Assembly: GCA_947085095.1 (NCBI GenBank)
Contig: CAMTVD010000014.1
Span: 211,939 to 275,938, forward strand
Direction: 5' to 3'
DNA length: 64,000 nt
Source of the DNA: an uncultured Thermus sp.
Lineage (GTDB): Bacteria > Deinococcota > Deinococci > Deinococcales > Thermaceae
Both the position numbers and the translations under genes were made by a program. The notes under the pieces are model-generated. The model searched no databases, had not been told where the DNA came from, and saw only the letters and a program-made list of their open reading frames with translations. This document shows positions 32,810 to 48,998 of the stretch, piece after piece (the first letter of the stretch is position 1; each line of letters begins with the position of its first letter).

Positions 32810-35575
32810 ATGAGTCACAAACGCCGTCTCATAGAGCACCGCCTGCCCCTCAAGGAAATCTCCGAGGCCTCGGCCCGGGAGAAGTCCATCCGCCACGGGC
32901 ACATCTCCACCCTGCACATCTGGTGGGCCAGGCGGCCCCTGGCGGCGAGCCGGGCGGCGGTCTTCGCCACGCTGGTGCCCGACACCGAGGAGAACTACCA
33001 GCTGGTCAAGAAGATCGTGCCCTGGGAGGCGGTGAAGGAGGGGAATAGCCGCGATGTGCTAGAGGCCCGGCAGAGGGTCCTGGAGGCGAATGGGGGTGTG
33101 CCCCCCAAAGTCCTGGACCCCTTCGCCGGGGGCGGGGCCATCCCCTTGGAGGCCCTGCGCCTGGGGTGCGAGGCCTACGCCCTGGACCTGAACCCCGTGG
33201 CCTACCTGATCCTGAAGGCCACCCTGGAATACCCCCAGCGCTTCGGCCAGCCCCATAGCCGTCCCGTGCCCCCCTACATCCAGGCCCTGGACCAGGCCCA
33301 CGCCCAAGCCAGGGACCGAGCGGCCCAGGGCAGAACCAGACTCCTCGAGGAGGGAGGAGGGGTCCGGGATGGTCCTTTTGCCCAGGCCTACCGGCAGAAC
33401 CCCCTGGCCGCCGAGGTGCGCTACTGGGGGGAGTGGGTGCTGGAAAGGGCAAGGGCCGAGCTGGCCGAGTTCTACCCCCAAGACCCCGACGGCAGGACTC
33501 CCGTGGCCTACCTCTGGGCCCGCACGGTGACCTGCACCAACCCCGCCTGCCGGGCCGAGGTGCCCCTGGTGCGCCAGTGGTGGCTGGCCAAGAGGAAGAA
33601 GAAGCGCATCGCCCTTAGGCCCGTGGTGGACCGGGAGGCCAAGCGGGTGGGCTTCCAGGTGGTGGAGGTGCCCCAGGGCGAGGACTGGCCCGACCAGGGG
33701 ACCATCCAGCGGGGCAACGCCGCCTGTTTGGTGTGCGGCACCGTGGTGCCTGTGGAAACCGTGCGGAGCGAGGCCAGGCGGGGCACCTGGGGGGAGCGCA
33801 TGCTGGCGGTGGTGCTGGCCGAAGAGGGCGAGGGCAAAGCGTACCGCCCGGCTACGGACAGGGACAAGGCCATCTTTGAAGGGGCCAAGGCCAGGCTTGC
33901 GGAACTCCAAGCGGCCCACACGGGGGAGCCAAGCCTTGTTCCTGAGGAACCCCTACCCCCTAAGGGGACACTCGGTTTTCGTGTCAATCTTTACGGCATT
34001 CAGACCTGGGGCCAGCTTTTCAACCCCCGCCAGGCCCTGGCCCTGGTTACCTTCGCCAGGTGGGTGCGGGAAGCCCACGCCGAGATGCTCCGGCAGGGCA
34101 TGGACGAGGAGCTGGCCAAGGCCGTGGCAACGTATTTGGGTTTGGCTGTGGATAGGCTAGCTGAAGACGATTCATCCTTGTGTCGGTGGAATCCTAACTC
34201 GGAAAAAATACAAGGAACGTTCGGGCGGCAAACTATCCCTATGGTTTGGGATTATGCAGAAACTAACCCTTTTGGTACGTCTGTTGGTAGCTGGAAATCC
34301 TTAGTAGATCTGCAAAACAACTCTATACTTGGTGCTAGTCAAGTTGAGGGGATTGGTCAAGTTCTGCAGGGAACAGCAGTGAACCCGCCCTATCCGGGGG
34401 ATTTCTTTGACGCCGTGGTCACGGACCCCCCCTACTACGACGCCGTGCCCTACGCCGACCTCTCGGACTTCTTCTACGTGTGGCTCAGGCGCACCGTGGG
34501 CCACCTCTACCCGGAGCACTTCCGCACCCCCCTTACCCCAAAGGGGCAGGAGGCCGTGCAGAACCCCGTGCGCCACGGGGGGGACAACGAGAAGGCCAGG
34601 CGCTTCTTTGAGGAGATGATGGCCCAGGCCTTCCGGGAGATGCACCGGGTCCTGAAGCCCGAGGGCAAGGCCGCCATCGTCTTCGCCCACAAGAGCACCG
34701 AGGCCTGGGAGACCCTCATCAGCGCCCTCGTTGGGGCCGGGTTCCAGGTGGAGGCCTCCTGGCCCATCCACACGGAGATGAAGACCCGCCTGCGGGCTAG
34801 GGAGTCCGCCGCCCTGGCCTCCTCCATCTTCCTAAGCTGCACCAAGCGGGTGGGCCAGGGGACCGTGGGCCTCTTCGCCCAGGTGCGGGAGGAGATGCGA
34901 AGGGCCATCCTGCCCAGGCTGGAGGAGTTCTGGGAGTCCGGCATCCGGGCGGCGGACTTCTTCGTGTCCGCCATCGGGCCGGGCCTGGAGGCCTTCAGCC
35001 GCTACGAGGAGGTGCGCCGGGCGGACGGGAGGCGGGTGGAGGTGGGGGAGTTCCTGGACGAGGTGCGGAAGATCGTCCTGGACTTTGCCCTGGAGCGGGT
35101 CCTGGGGGCCAAGGCCGAGGCGGCGGGGGCCGTGGACGGGCCCACCCAGTTCGCCCTCCTCGCCCTCTGGGCCTACGGCCTGGAGGTTCCCTCGGACGAG
35201 GCCCGCAAGATCGCCCAGAGCACCGGGGTGAGCCTCCCTGAGCTTGGGAGCCTGGTCCGGGTGGAGGGGGAGAAGACCCGCATCCAGAAGGCCAGGGAAA
35301 GGGTAAAGCGGGACCGGGACTTTGGCCTTGCCAAGGGGGGCCTGGTGCCCATGGTGGACACCCTGCAAAGGGCCATCCTCCTCCTCCGCGAGGGGCGGGA
35401 GGCCTTGGCCCAGTACCTGGAGGGCGTGGGCCACCTCAAAAGCCCCACCTTCTGGCTGGTGGCCCAGGCCCTGGCCGAGGTTCTGGAGGGGGAGGACGAG
35501 GGGCGGGACCTGCACGAGCTCCTCACCCTGCGGGAGGGCCTTATGCGGGTGGCGGAGGCGGGGAGGTTGCTGTAA
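32810..35575 (+). CDS. DUF1156-containing amino (N6-adenine/N4-cytosine) DNA methyltransferase with Zn ribbon
   Basis: LHIWWARRPLAASRA, VLDPFAGGGAIP (SAM-binding), CTNPAC...CLVC, TDPPYYD (catalytic); AAGGAGG RBS. Confidence 0.9.
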   Translation: MSHKRRLIEHRLPLKEISEASAREKSIRHGHISTLHIWWARRPLAASRAAVFATLVPDTEENYQLVKKIVPWEAVKEGNSRDVLEARQRVLEANGGVPPKVLDPFAGGGAIPLEALRLGCEAYALDLNPVAYLILKATLEYPQRFGQPHSRPVPPYIQALDQAHAQARDRAAQGRTRLLEEGGGVRDGPFAQAYRQNPLAAEVRYWGEWVLERARAELAEFYPQDPDGRTPVAYLWARTVTCTNPACRAEVPLVRQWWLAKRKKKRIALRPVVDREAKRVGFQVVEVPQGEDWPDQGTIQRGNAACLVCGTVVPVETVRSEARRGTWGERMLAVVLAEEGEGKAYRPATDRDKAIFEGAKARLAELQAAHTGEPSLVPEEPLPPKGTLGFRVNLYGIQTWGQLFNPRQALALVTFARWVREAHAEMLRQGMDEELAKAVATYLGLAVDRLAEDDSSLCRWNPNSEKIQGTFGRQTIPMVWDYAETNPFGTSVGSWKSLVDLQNNSILGASQVEGIGQVLQGTAVNPPYPGDFFDAVVTDPPYYDAVPYADLSDFFYVWLRRTVGHLYPEHFRTPLTPKGQEAVQNPVRHGGDNEKARRFFEEMMAQAFREMHRVLKPEGKAAIVFAHKSTEAWETLISALVGAGFQVEASWPIHTEMKTRLRARESAALASSIFLSCTKRVGQGTVGLFAQVREEMRRAILPRLEEFWESGIRAADFFVSAIGPGLEAFSRYEEVRRADGRRVEVGEFLDEVRKIVLDFALERVLGAKAEAAGAVDGPTQFALLALWAYGLEVPSDEARKIAQSTGVSLPELGSLVRVEGEKTRIQKARERVKRDRDFGLAKGGLVPMVDTLQRAILLLREGREALAQYLEGVGHLKSPTFWLVAQALAEVLEGEDEGRDLHELLTLREGLMRVAEAGRLL

Positions 35576-35603
35576 GTGGTCTAGGGATTGGAGGTTCGTG
35601 GCC

Positions 35604-41175
<5,572 letters not shown>

Positions 41176-41280
41176 GCCCCTATCTAACGCCCAAGGCCCC
41201 CTTTTTGTCCAGCTCCTCATGGTCCTTTGACAAAGCCGTGCTACCCTGGGTTTGGGGGGTGTGGTAGCGTTTCCAATCCT

Positions 41281-42171
41281 ATGGGTATGCGGCCTTGGCA
41301 GGTGGAGTCAGAAAAGGAGCGCCTGGAGCTTCGGGCCAGGCTCCACGAGCTCTTGCACCGCCTGAAGGGGGAGCCCAACGCCCTCTTGCCCTTCCACCAG
41401 GCCCTGGCCCTGAGGCCCAGGGGGGAGCACCACCTGGGCCTCCGCACCCTTGAGGTGGACAGGGTGGTGGGCTCCGTGGACCGCTATGAGGAGTTTGACC
41501 ACACCTTCCTCCCCAAGACCCCCCACACCCTGGAGCGCTGGAAGCGGCTTAGGACTCTCCAGCTTGAGGGGGTGGAGTTTCCCCCCATAGAGGTCTACCA
41601 GGTGGGGGAGGCCTACTTCGTCAAGGACGGCCACCACCGGGTGGCCCTGGCCAAGGCCACGGGGCAGAGGTACATAGACGCCTACGTCATCGCCCTGGAT
41701 GTCCCCGTTCCCGTGGAGCCTGGGGACACGCTCAAGGACCTGATCCTCAAGGCCGAGTACGCCCACTTCCTGGAGAAGACCCGGCTGAAGGAGCTCGTTC
41801 CCGCGGCCGAGGAGATCCGCTTCAGCGCCTTGGGCCGTTACGACCTCCTCCTGGACCACATCGCCACCCGGCGGTACTTCAAGGGGCTGGAAGAAGGCCG
41901 GGAGGTCTCCTGGGAGGAGGCGGTGGTGGACTGGTACGAGAACCTCTACCGGCCCACCACGGAGGCCATCCGCCGCCTGGGGCTCCTCAAGGACTTCCCT
42001 GGGCGGACGGAGGCGGACCTTTACCTCTGGATCATGGACCACCGCCACTTCCTGGCCCAGGAGCTGGGGGTGGACCTCTCCCCCGAGGAGGCGGCCAGGA
42101 GCTACGAGGAGCGGTTTGGTCCCTTCTGGAAGCGGCTTGGGGGTGGCCTCAAGCGGCTTCTCAGACCCTAG
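41281..42171 (+). CDS. ParB/Srx-like N-terminal domain protein (DUF4032-like)
   Basis: PPIEVY.VG..YFVKDGHHRVALA; C-terminal FPGRTEADLYLWI..H. Exact start uncertain. Confidence 0.7.
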   Translation: MGMRPWQVESEKERLELRARLHELLHRLKGEPNALLPFHQALALRPRGEHHLGLRTLEVDRVVGSVDRYEEFDHTFLPKTPHTLERWKRLRTLQLEGVEFPPIEVYQVGEAYFVKDGHHRVALAKATGQRYIDAYVIALDVPVPVEPGDTLKDLILKAEYAHFLEKTRLKELVPAAEEIRFSALGRYDLLLDHIATRRYFKGLEEGREVSWEEAVVDWYENLYRPTTEAIRRLGLLKDFPGRTEADLYLWIMDHRHFLAQELGVDLSPEEAARSYEERFGPFWKRLGGGLKRLLRP

Positions 42172-42173
42172 GG

Positions 42174-42214
42174 TTGCCCGGGGTGCGGGTCCCGGCTTAT
42201 CCTGTATACAGGAT
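42174..42214 (+). promoter_or_regulatory. Promoter with overlapping GntR-type palindromic operator
   Basis: TTGCCC-18-TATCCT; perfect palindrome ATCCTGTATACAGGAT at 42199-42214. Confidence 0.7.
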
Positions 42215-42872
42215 GCAGGCCACGGACTTCCGCCGGCCCAACCAGGTGCGCGAGGCGGTCTACGGCCACCTCAAGGACCTCCTCCTCTCCGGCCGCTTTG
42301 CCCCGGGGGAGAGGCTTTCCGAGCCCCTTCTCGCCAAGGAGCTCGGAGTCTCCCGCACCCCGGTGCGGGAGGCCCTCATGCGCCTTGCCAAGGAGGGCTT
42401 GGTGGAGCTCGTCCCCGGCAAGGGGGCGAGGGTCAGGGCCTTCACCCCGGAGGAGGTGGAGGAGGTCTACGGGGTGCGGGCCCTCTTGGAGGGGGAGGCG
42501 GCCCGGGAGGCGGCCCTCCGGGCCACCCCCTGGGAGCTTTTAGAGCTGGAGGAGCTCCTTAAGGCCATAGACCAGGCCCCCCGGGAGGACTACCCCGAGC
42601 AGATGCGCCGGGACCTGGAGTTCCACCGCGCCCTGGTGCGCCTTTCGGGAAACCGGACCCTCCTCCGCCTCTATGAGGACCTCCTCGCCACCCTGGCCCT
42701 GGCCCGGAGCGCGGTGCCCATGCTCTCCCAGGAGGAGGCCACCCGGCGGGAGCACTGGGCCATCCTCAAGGCCCTAAAGGAGCGGGACCCGGAAGGGGCG
42801 AAGAGGGCGGTGGAGGCCCACGTCTACCGCTTCCGCGACCTGGTGGTGCGGCGGCTTTTGGAGGGAATATGA
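42213..42872 (+). CDS. GntR/FCD-family transcriptional regulator (probable put operon repressor)
   Basis: [25 protein letters not shown]...SGN, EH..I. Confidence 0.9.
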   Translation: MQATDFRRPNQVREAVYGHLKDLLLSGRFAPGERLSEPLLAKELGVSRTPVREALMRLAKEGLVELVPGKGARVRAFTPEEVEEVYGVRALLEGEAAREAALRATPWELLELEELLKAIDQAPREDYPEQMRRDLEFHRALVRLSGNRTLLRLYEDLLATLALARSAVPMLSQEEATRREHWAILKALKERDPEGAKRAVEAHVYRFRDLVVRRLLEGI

Positions 42873-43792
42873 GCCTAGACCTGGCGTACCGGTCTTTCGT
42901 CCTGAGCGTGGCGGGGAATAAGGGGGTGGAGCGCCTCATCAAGACCCGGGCCCGGGGCCTGGTGCGGCGCTACGTGGCCGGGGAGACCCTGGAGGAGGCC
43001 CTGAGGGCGGCGGAGGCCCTCGAGGGGGAAGGGGTCCACGCCATCCTGGACCTCCTGGGGGAGATGGTGAGGAGCGAGGCGGAGGCCCGGGCCTTCCAGG
43101 AAAGGATCCTGGAGCTGGTGCGGGCCGTGAGGGAGAGGCCCTGGCCCAAGTACATCTCCGTAAAGCCCTCCCAGCTGGGCCTGGACCTTTCCGAGGGACT
43201 GGCCCGGGAGCTCCTAAGGGGAATCCTCAAGGAGGCCGAGCAGGGGGGGGTTTTCGTCCGCCTGGACATGGAGGACTCCCCCCGGGTGGAGGCCACCTTG
43301 CGCCTCTACAAGGGCCTAAGGGAGGAGGGGTTTTCCCTTCTCGGAATCGTCCTCCAGAGCTACCTCTTCCGCACGGAGAAGGACTTCTTTGACCTCCTCC
43401 CCTACCGGCCCAACCTGCGCCTGGTCAAGGGCGCCTACCGGGAGCCCAAGGAGGTGGCCTTCTGGGACAAGCGCCTGATTGACGCCGAGTTTTTGCACCT
43501 GGGGAAGCTGGCCTTGAGGGAAGGCCTTTACGTGGCCTTCGCCACCCACGACCCCCGCCTCATCGCCGAGGTGAAGCGCTACACAGAGGCCATGGGCATC
43601 CCCAGGGGGGGCTTTGAGTTCCAGTTCCTCTACGGGGTGCGCCCCGAGGAGCAAAAGCGCCTGGCCCAGGAGGGGTATGCGGTGCGGGCCTACGTGCCCT
43701 ACGGCAAGGACTGGTACCCCTACCTGACCCGGCGCATCGCCGAAAGGCCGGAGAACCTGTTTCTGGTGCTGAGAAGCCTCTTGGGAGGCTAG
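42869..43792 (+). CDS. Proline dehydrogenase (monofunctional)
   Basis: [48 protein letters not shown]. Confidence 0.95.
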   Translation: MSLDLAYRSFVLSVAGNKGVERLIKTRARGLVRRYVAGETLEEALRAAEALEGEGVHAILDLLGEMVRSEAEARAFQERILELVRAVRERPWPKYISVKPSQLGLDLSEGLARELLRGILKEAEQGGVFVRLDMEDSPRVEATLRLYKGLREEGFSLLGIVLQSYLFRTEKDFFDLLPYRPNLRLVKGAYREPKEVAFWDKRLIDAEFLHLGKLALREGLYVAFATHDPRLIAEVKRYTEAMGIPRGGFEFQFLYGVRPEEQKRLAQEGYAVRAYVPYGKDWYPYLTRRIAERPENLFLVLRSLLGG

Positions 43793-43804
43793 AAGGAGGA
43801 CAGG

Positions 43805-45355
43805 ATGACGGTGGAACCTTTCCGTAACCAGCCCATAGAAACCTTTGCCAGCGAAGAGGCCAGGCGGGAGATGCGGGAGGCCCTGAAGCGGGTCAGGGCC
43901 GAGTTTGGCCGCCACTGGCCCCTCTACATCGGGGGGGAGTGGGTGGACACGGGGGAGAGGATCCTCTCCCTAAACCCTTCCGCCCCCAGCGAGGTGGTGG
44001 GGACGGTGGCCAAGGGGGGGAAGGCGGAGGCGGAGGCCGCCCTCGAGGCCGCCTGGAAGGCCTTCAGGACCTGGAAGGACTGGCCCCAGGAGGACCGGAG
44101 CCGCGTCCTTTTGAAGGCGGCGGCCCTCATGAAGAGAAGGCGGCGGGAGCTGGAGGCCACCCTGGTCTACGAGATCGGCAAGAACTGGGTGGAGGCCAGC
44201 GCCGAGGTGGCCGAGGCCATAGACTTCCTGGAGTACTACGCCCGCCAGGCCCTCAAGTACAAGTACCCCTCGGTGGAGGTGGTCCCCTACCCCGGGGAGG
44301 ACAACGAGAGCTTCTACCTTCCTTTGGGGGCGGGGGTGGTCATTGCCCCCTGGAACTTTCCCCTGGCCATCTTCACCGGGATGATCGCCGGGCCCGTGGC
44401 CGTGGGGAACACCGTGGTGGCCAAGCCCGCGGAGGACACGGTGGTCATCGCCGCCAAGGCCTTTGAGATCTTCCACGAGGCGGGCTTCCCCCCGGGGGTG
44501 GTGAACCTCCTCTCCGGGAAGGGGCGGGAGGTGGGGGCCTACTTGGTGGAGCACCCCAAGACCCGGTTCATCAACTTCACCGGGAGCCTCGAGGTGGGCC
44601 TCTTTATCCACCAGGCGGCGAGCCGCCTGGCCCCGGGGCAGAGGTGGCTCAAGCGGGTCTTTTTGGAGCTCGGCGGCAAGGACGCCATCATCGTGGACGA
44701 GACCGCGGATTACGACCTGGCCGCCGAGGGGATCCTGGTCTCCGCCTACGGCTTCCAGGGGCAGAAGTGCTCCGCCGCAAGCCGCCTCATTCTCACGGAA
44801 GGGGCCTACGAGCCCGTTTTGGAGCGGGTCCTAAAGCGGGCGGAGAGGCTTAGTGTGGGCCCGGCGGAGGAGAACCCCGACATGGGCCCCGTGGCGAGCC
44901 AAGCCCAGGAGGAGAAGATCCTCTCCTACATTGAGATCGGCAAGGGGGAGGGAAGGCTCGTCCTGGGAGGGAAGCGCTTGGAGGGCGAGGGCTACTTCCT
45001 CGCCCCCACGGTCTTCACCGAGGTGCCCCCCACGGCCAAGATCGCCCAGGAGGAGATCTTCGGCCCCGTGCTCGCGGTGATCCGGGTCAAGGACTTCGGC
45101 GAGGCCCTGGAGGTGGCGAATGGCACCGTCTACGGCCTCACGGGCGGGGTCTACTCTAGGAAGCGGGAGCACCTGGAAAGGGCCAGGCGGGAGTTCCACG
45201 TGGGGAACCTCTACTTCAACCGCAAGATCACCGGGGCCCTGGTGGGGGTCCAGCCCTTTGGCGGCTTCAACCTCTCCGGCACCGACACCAAGGCGGGCGG
45301 CCCCGACTACCTCCTCCACTTCCTGGAGATGAAGACCGTGGCCGAGCGGTTTTGA
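43805..45355 (+). CDS. pruA: Delta-1-pyrroline-5-carboxylate dehydrogenase
   Basis: [34 protein letters not shown]; directly after PRODH. Confidence 0.93.
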   Translation: MTVEPFRNQPIETFASEEARREMREALKRVRAEFGRHWPLYIGGEWVDTGERILSLNPSAPSEVVGTVAKGGKAEAEAALEAAWKAFRTWKDWPQEDRSRVLLKAAALMKRRRRELEATLVYEIGKNWVEASAEVAEAIDFLEYYARQALKYKYPSVEVVPYPGEDNESFYLPLGAGVVIAPWNFPLAIFTGMIAGPVAVGNTVVAKPAEDTVVIAAKAFEIFHEAGFPPGVVNLLSGKGREVGAYLVEHPKTRFINFTGSLEVGLFIHQAASRLAPGQRWLKRVFLELGGKDAIIVDETADYDLAAEGILVSAYGFQGQKCSAASRLILTEGAYEPVLERVLKRAERLSVGPAEENPDMGPVASQAQEEKILSYIEIGKGEGRLVLGGKRLEGEGYFLAPTVFTEVPPTAKIAQEEIFGPVLAVIRVKDFGEALEVANGTVYGLTGGVYSRKREHLERARREFHVGNLYFNRKITGALVGVQPFGGFNLSGTDTKAGGPDYLLHFLEMKTVAERF

Positions 45356-45362
45356 GACCCCC

Positions 45363-45391
45363 TAGACCCAGGAGGCCCTTTGGGCTATCCT
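45363..45391 (+). promoter_or_regulatory. trp operon promoter
   Basis: TAGACC-17-TATCCT, 7 nt upstream of the leader ATG. Confidence 0.55.
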
Positions 45392-45398
45392 TAAGAGC

Positions 45399-45434
45399 AT
45401 GACCCTGACCTCCCTCCGCTGGTGGCCCGGCTAG
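45399..45434 (+). CDS. trpL: trp leader peptide MTLTSLRWWPG
   Basis: 11-codon ORF with tandem TGG TGG directly before a terminator hairpin and trpE. Confidence 0.9.
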   Translation: MTLTSLRWWPG

Positions 45435-45457
45435 GCCCCGGGAGGGAGGCGGTCTTT

Positions 45458-45487
45458 CCCCCGGGGTAGGCCCCGGGGGGTTTTCTT
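45458..45487 (+). terminator. trp attenuator terminator
   Basis: CCCCCGGGG-TAGG-CCCCGGGGG followed by TTTTCTT. Confidence 0.85.
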
Positions 45488-45497
45488 AGGGGGCGGC

Positions 45498-46882
<1,385 letters not shown>

Positions 46883-46886
<4 letters not shown>

Positions 46887-47464
46887 CCGTCTTGGTGATA
46901 GACAACTACGACAGCTTCACCTACAACCTGGTCCAGTACCTGGGGGAGATGGGGGCGAGCCCCGTGGTCTGGCGGAACGACGCCTTCGCCCTGGAGGAGG
47001 TGGAGGCCCTGGACCCGGATAGGATCCTCATCAGCCCCGGCCCCTGCACCCCCTTTGAAGCGGGGCTTTCCCTTCCCCTCATCGCCCGCTACGCCCCCCG
47101 CTACCCCATCCTGGGGGTCTGCCTGGGGCACCAGGCCATCGGGGCCGCCTTCGGGGGGAAGGTGGTCCCGGCCCCGGTGATCATGCACGGGAAGGTGAGC
47201 GAGATCCACCACGACGGCACCGGGGTCTTCCGCGGCCTCAAGAGCCCCTTCCCCGCCACCCGCTACCACTCTTTGGTGGTGGAGGAGGTCTCCGAGGAGC
47301 TTCTGGTGAACGCCTGGGTGGAGGAGGCGGGGGGGCGCACGGTGATGGGCTTCCGCCACCGGGACTTCCCCACCCACGGGGTCCAGTTCCACCCGGAAAG
47401 CTACCTCACGGAGGCGGGTAAGCTGATCCTCAAGAACTTCCTGGAGGACCCATGGAGGCGCTGA
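46883..47464 (+). CDS. trpG: Anthranilate synthase component II
   Basis: IDNYDSFTYN, SPGP, GVCLGHQ, RYHSL, QFHPES; start ATG 46883 overlapping the trpE stop. Confidence 0.97.
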
Positions 47465-48441
47465 AGAAGGCCCTTTTAGGCGAGGTGCTGGGAGAGGAGG
47501 AGGCCTATGGCCTCATGCAGGCCCTCATGCGGGGGGAGGTCTCTCCCGTAAAGGCGGCGGGCCTCCTCACCGCCATGGCCCTGAGGGGGGAGAGGCCCCA
47601 GGAGATCGCCGCCATGGCCCGGGCCATGCGGGAGGCGGCGAGGCCCCTTTCCGTGAAGCGGCGGCCCCTTTTGGACCTGGTGGGGACCGGGGGGGACCAC
47701 AAGGGGCTTTTGAACCTCTCCACCCTGGGGGCCCTGGTGGCGGCGGCGGGGGGGGTGGCGGTGGCCAAGCACGGGAACCGGGCGGCGAGCTCCCGTGCGG
47801 GCTCGGCGGACCTCCTGGAGGCCTTGGGCGTGGACCTCGAGGCCCCTCCCGAAAGGGTGGGGGAGGCCATAGAGACCCTGGGCTTCGGCTTCCTCTTCGC
47901 CCGGGTCTTCCACCCCGCCATGCGCCACGTGGCCCCGGTGCGGGCGGAGCTCGGCATTCGCACCGTCTTCAACCTCCTGGGCCCCCTCACCAACCCCGCC
48001 GGGGCGGACCGGTACGTGCTGGGGGTCTTTAGCCCCCACTGGCTTTCCCCCATGGCCGAGGCCCTAAAGCGGCTTGGGGCCAAGGGCCTCGTGGTCCACG
48101 GGGAGGGGGCGGACGAGCTCGTCTTGGGGGAGAACCAGGTGGTGGAGGTGGGGAAGGGGGCCTACGCCCTCACCCCGGAGGCGGTGGGGCTTCAGCGGGC
48201 CCCCCTCGAGGCCCTAAAAGGCGGCTCCCCCGAGGAGAACGCCGGGCTGGCCAGAAGGGTCCTCAAGGGGGAGGAGAAGGGGCCCCTAAGGGAGGCCGTG
48301 GCCCTGGCGGCGGGGGCGGGGTTTTACGCCGCGGAGAGGGTCCCCACCCTGGAGGCGGGGGTGCGCCTGGCGGAGGAGGTCCTGGCCTCGGGGGAGGCCT
48401 ACCTCCTCCTGGAGCGGTACGTGGCCTTCCTCAAGGGCTAA
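47452..48441 (+). CDS. trpD: Anthranilate phosphoribosyltransferase
   Basis: D.VGTGGD, KHGNR..SS..GSAD, RTVFNLLGPL.NP. Confidence 0.97.
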   Translation: MEALKKALLGEVLGEEEAYGLMQALMRGEVSPVKAAGLLTAMALRGERPQEIAAMARAMREAARPLSVKRRPLLDLVGTGGDHKGLLNLSTLGALVAAAGGVAVAKHGNRAASSRAGSADLLEALGVDLEAPPERVGEAIETLGFGFLFARVFHPAMRHVAPVRAELGIRTVFNLLGPLTNPAGADRYVLGVFSPHWLSPMAEALKRLGAKGLVVHGEGADELVLGENQVVEVGKGAYALTPEAVGLQRAPLEALKGGSPEENAGLARRVLKGEEKGPLREAVALAAGAGFYAAERVPTLEAGVRLAEEVLASGEAYLLLERYVAFLKG

Positions 48442-48989
48442 ATGGGAAGTCCCCGGTAGAGGGCCTCCAGGTCCAGGGAGACCTCCACGCAGGGAAGGGG
48501 TACCTGGCCCTCCTCCACCACCTCGTAGCGCCAGCCCCCGTCCGGGAGACGGCGGTAGACCTCCACCCGCTTGGCCTCCTGGGAGACCAGGACGTAGGCC
48601 TGAAGGCCGGGGAGCTTGCGGTAGCGGTGGAGCTTTTCTCCCCGGTCTATGGCCTCCGTGCCCTCGGAGAGGACCTCCACCACCAGGCAGGCGGTCTTCT
48701 TGTACCGGGCTCCCTCTAGGGGCTCCTCGCAGGTGACAAACACATCCGGGTAATAGGCTGCGTCTTCCACCTTGAGGAGCATGCCCTCGGCGAAGGCCTC
48801 GCACCCTGCCCTTTCCGCTGCCGGCAGGAGGGCGAGTAGGATGCGGGTCACCAGGCGGTTGTGGTAGTCCGTTCCCCCGGCCATGGCGAAGACCAGGCCC
48901 TCCACGAACTCGTGGCGCTCGGGAGAGGTGGCCTCGAGGGCCAGAAACTCCTCAAAGCTGGCCTGGCGCAGAGGGGCTTTCCGGGCCAT
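48438..48989 (-). CDS. Uma2-family PD-(D/E)XK-like protein
   Basis: EF.EG.V.AMAG...H, YYPDV, VVEVLS.GT...DR.EK...Y. Confidence 0.88.
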   Translation of the reverse strand: MARKAPLRQASFEEFLALEATSPERHEFVEGLVFAMAGGTDYHNRLVTRILLALLPAAERAGCEAFAEGMLLKVEDAAYYPDVFVTCEEPLEGARYKKTACLVVEVLSEGTEAIDRGEKLHRYRKLPGLQAYVLVSQEAKRVEVYRRLPDGGWRYEVVEEGQVPLPCVEVSLDLEALYRGLPI

Positions 48990-48998
48990 GGCCCCAGT

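Noticed and set aside
35322..35603. Apparent N-terminal extension of the DUF499 protein overlapping the MTase (possible frameshift fusion)
   Set aside because: The translation is low-complexity off-frame sequence, there is a good RBS and ATG at 35604, and I saw no slippery site.
48438..48989. Uma2 nuclease-like gene as part of a defence system
   Set aside because: Solitary, and a common multi-copy family in Thermus with no partner genes here.
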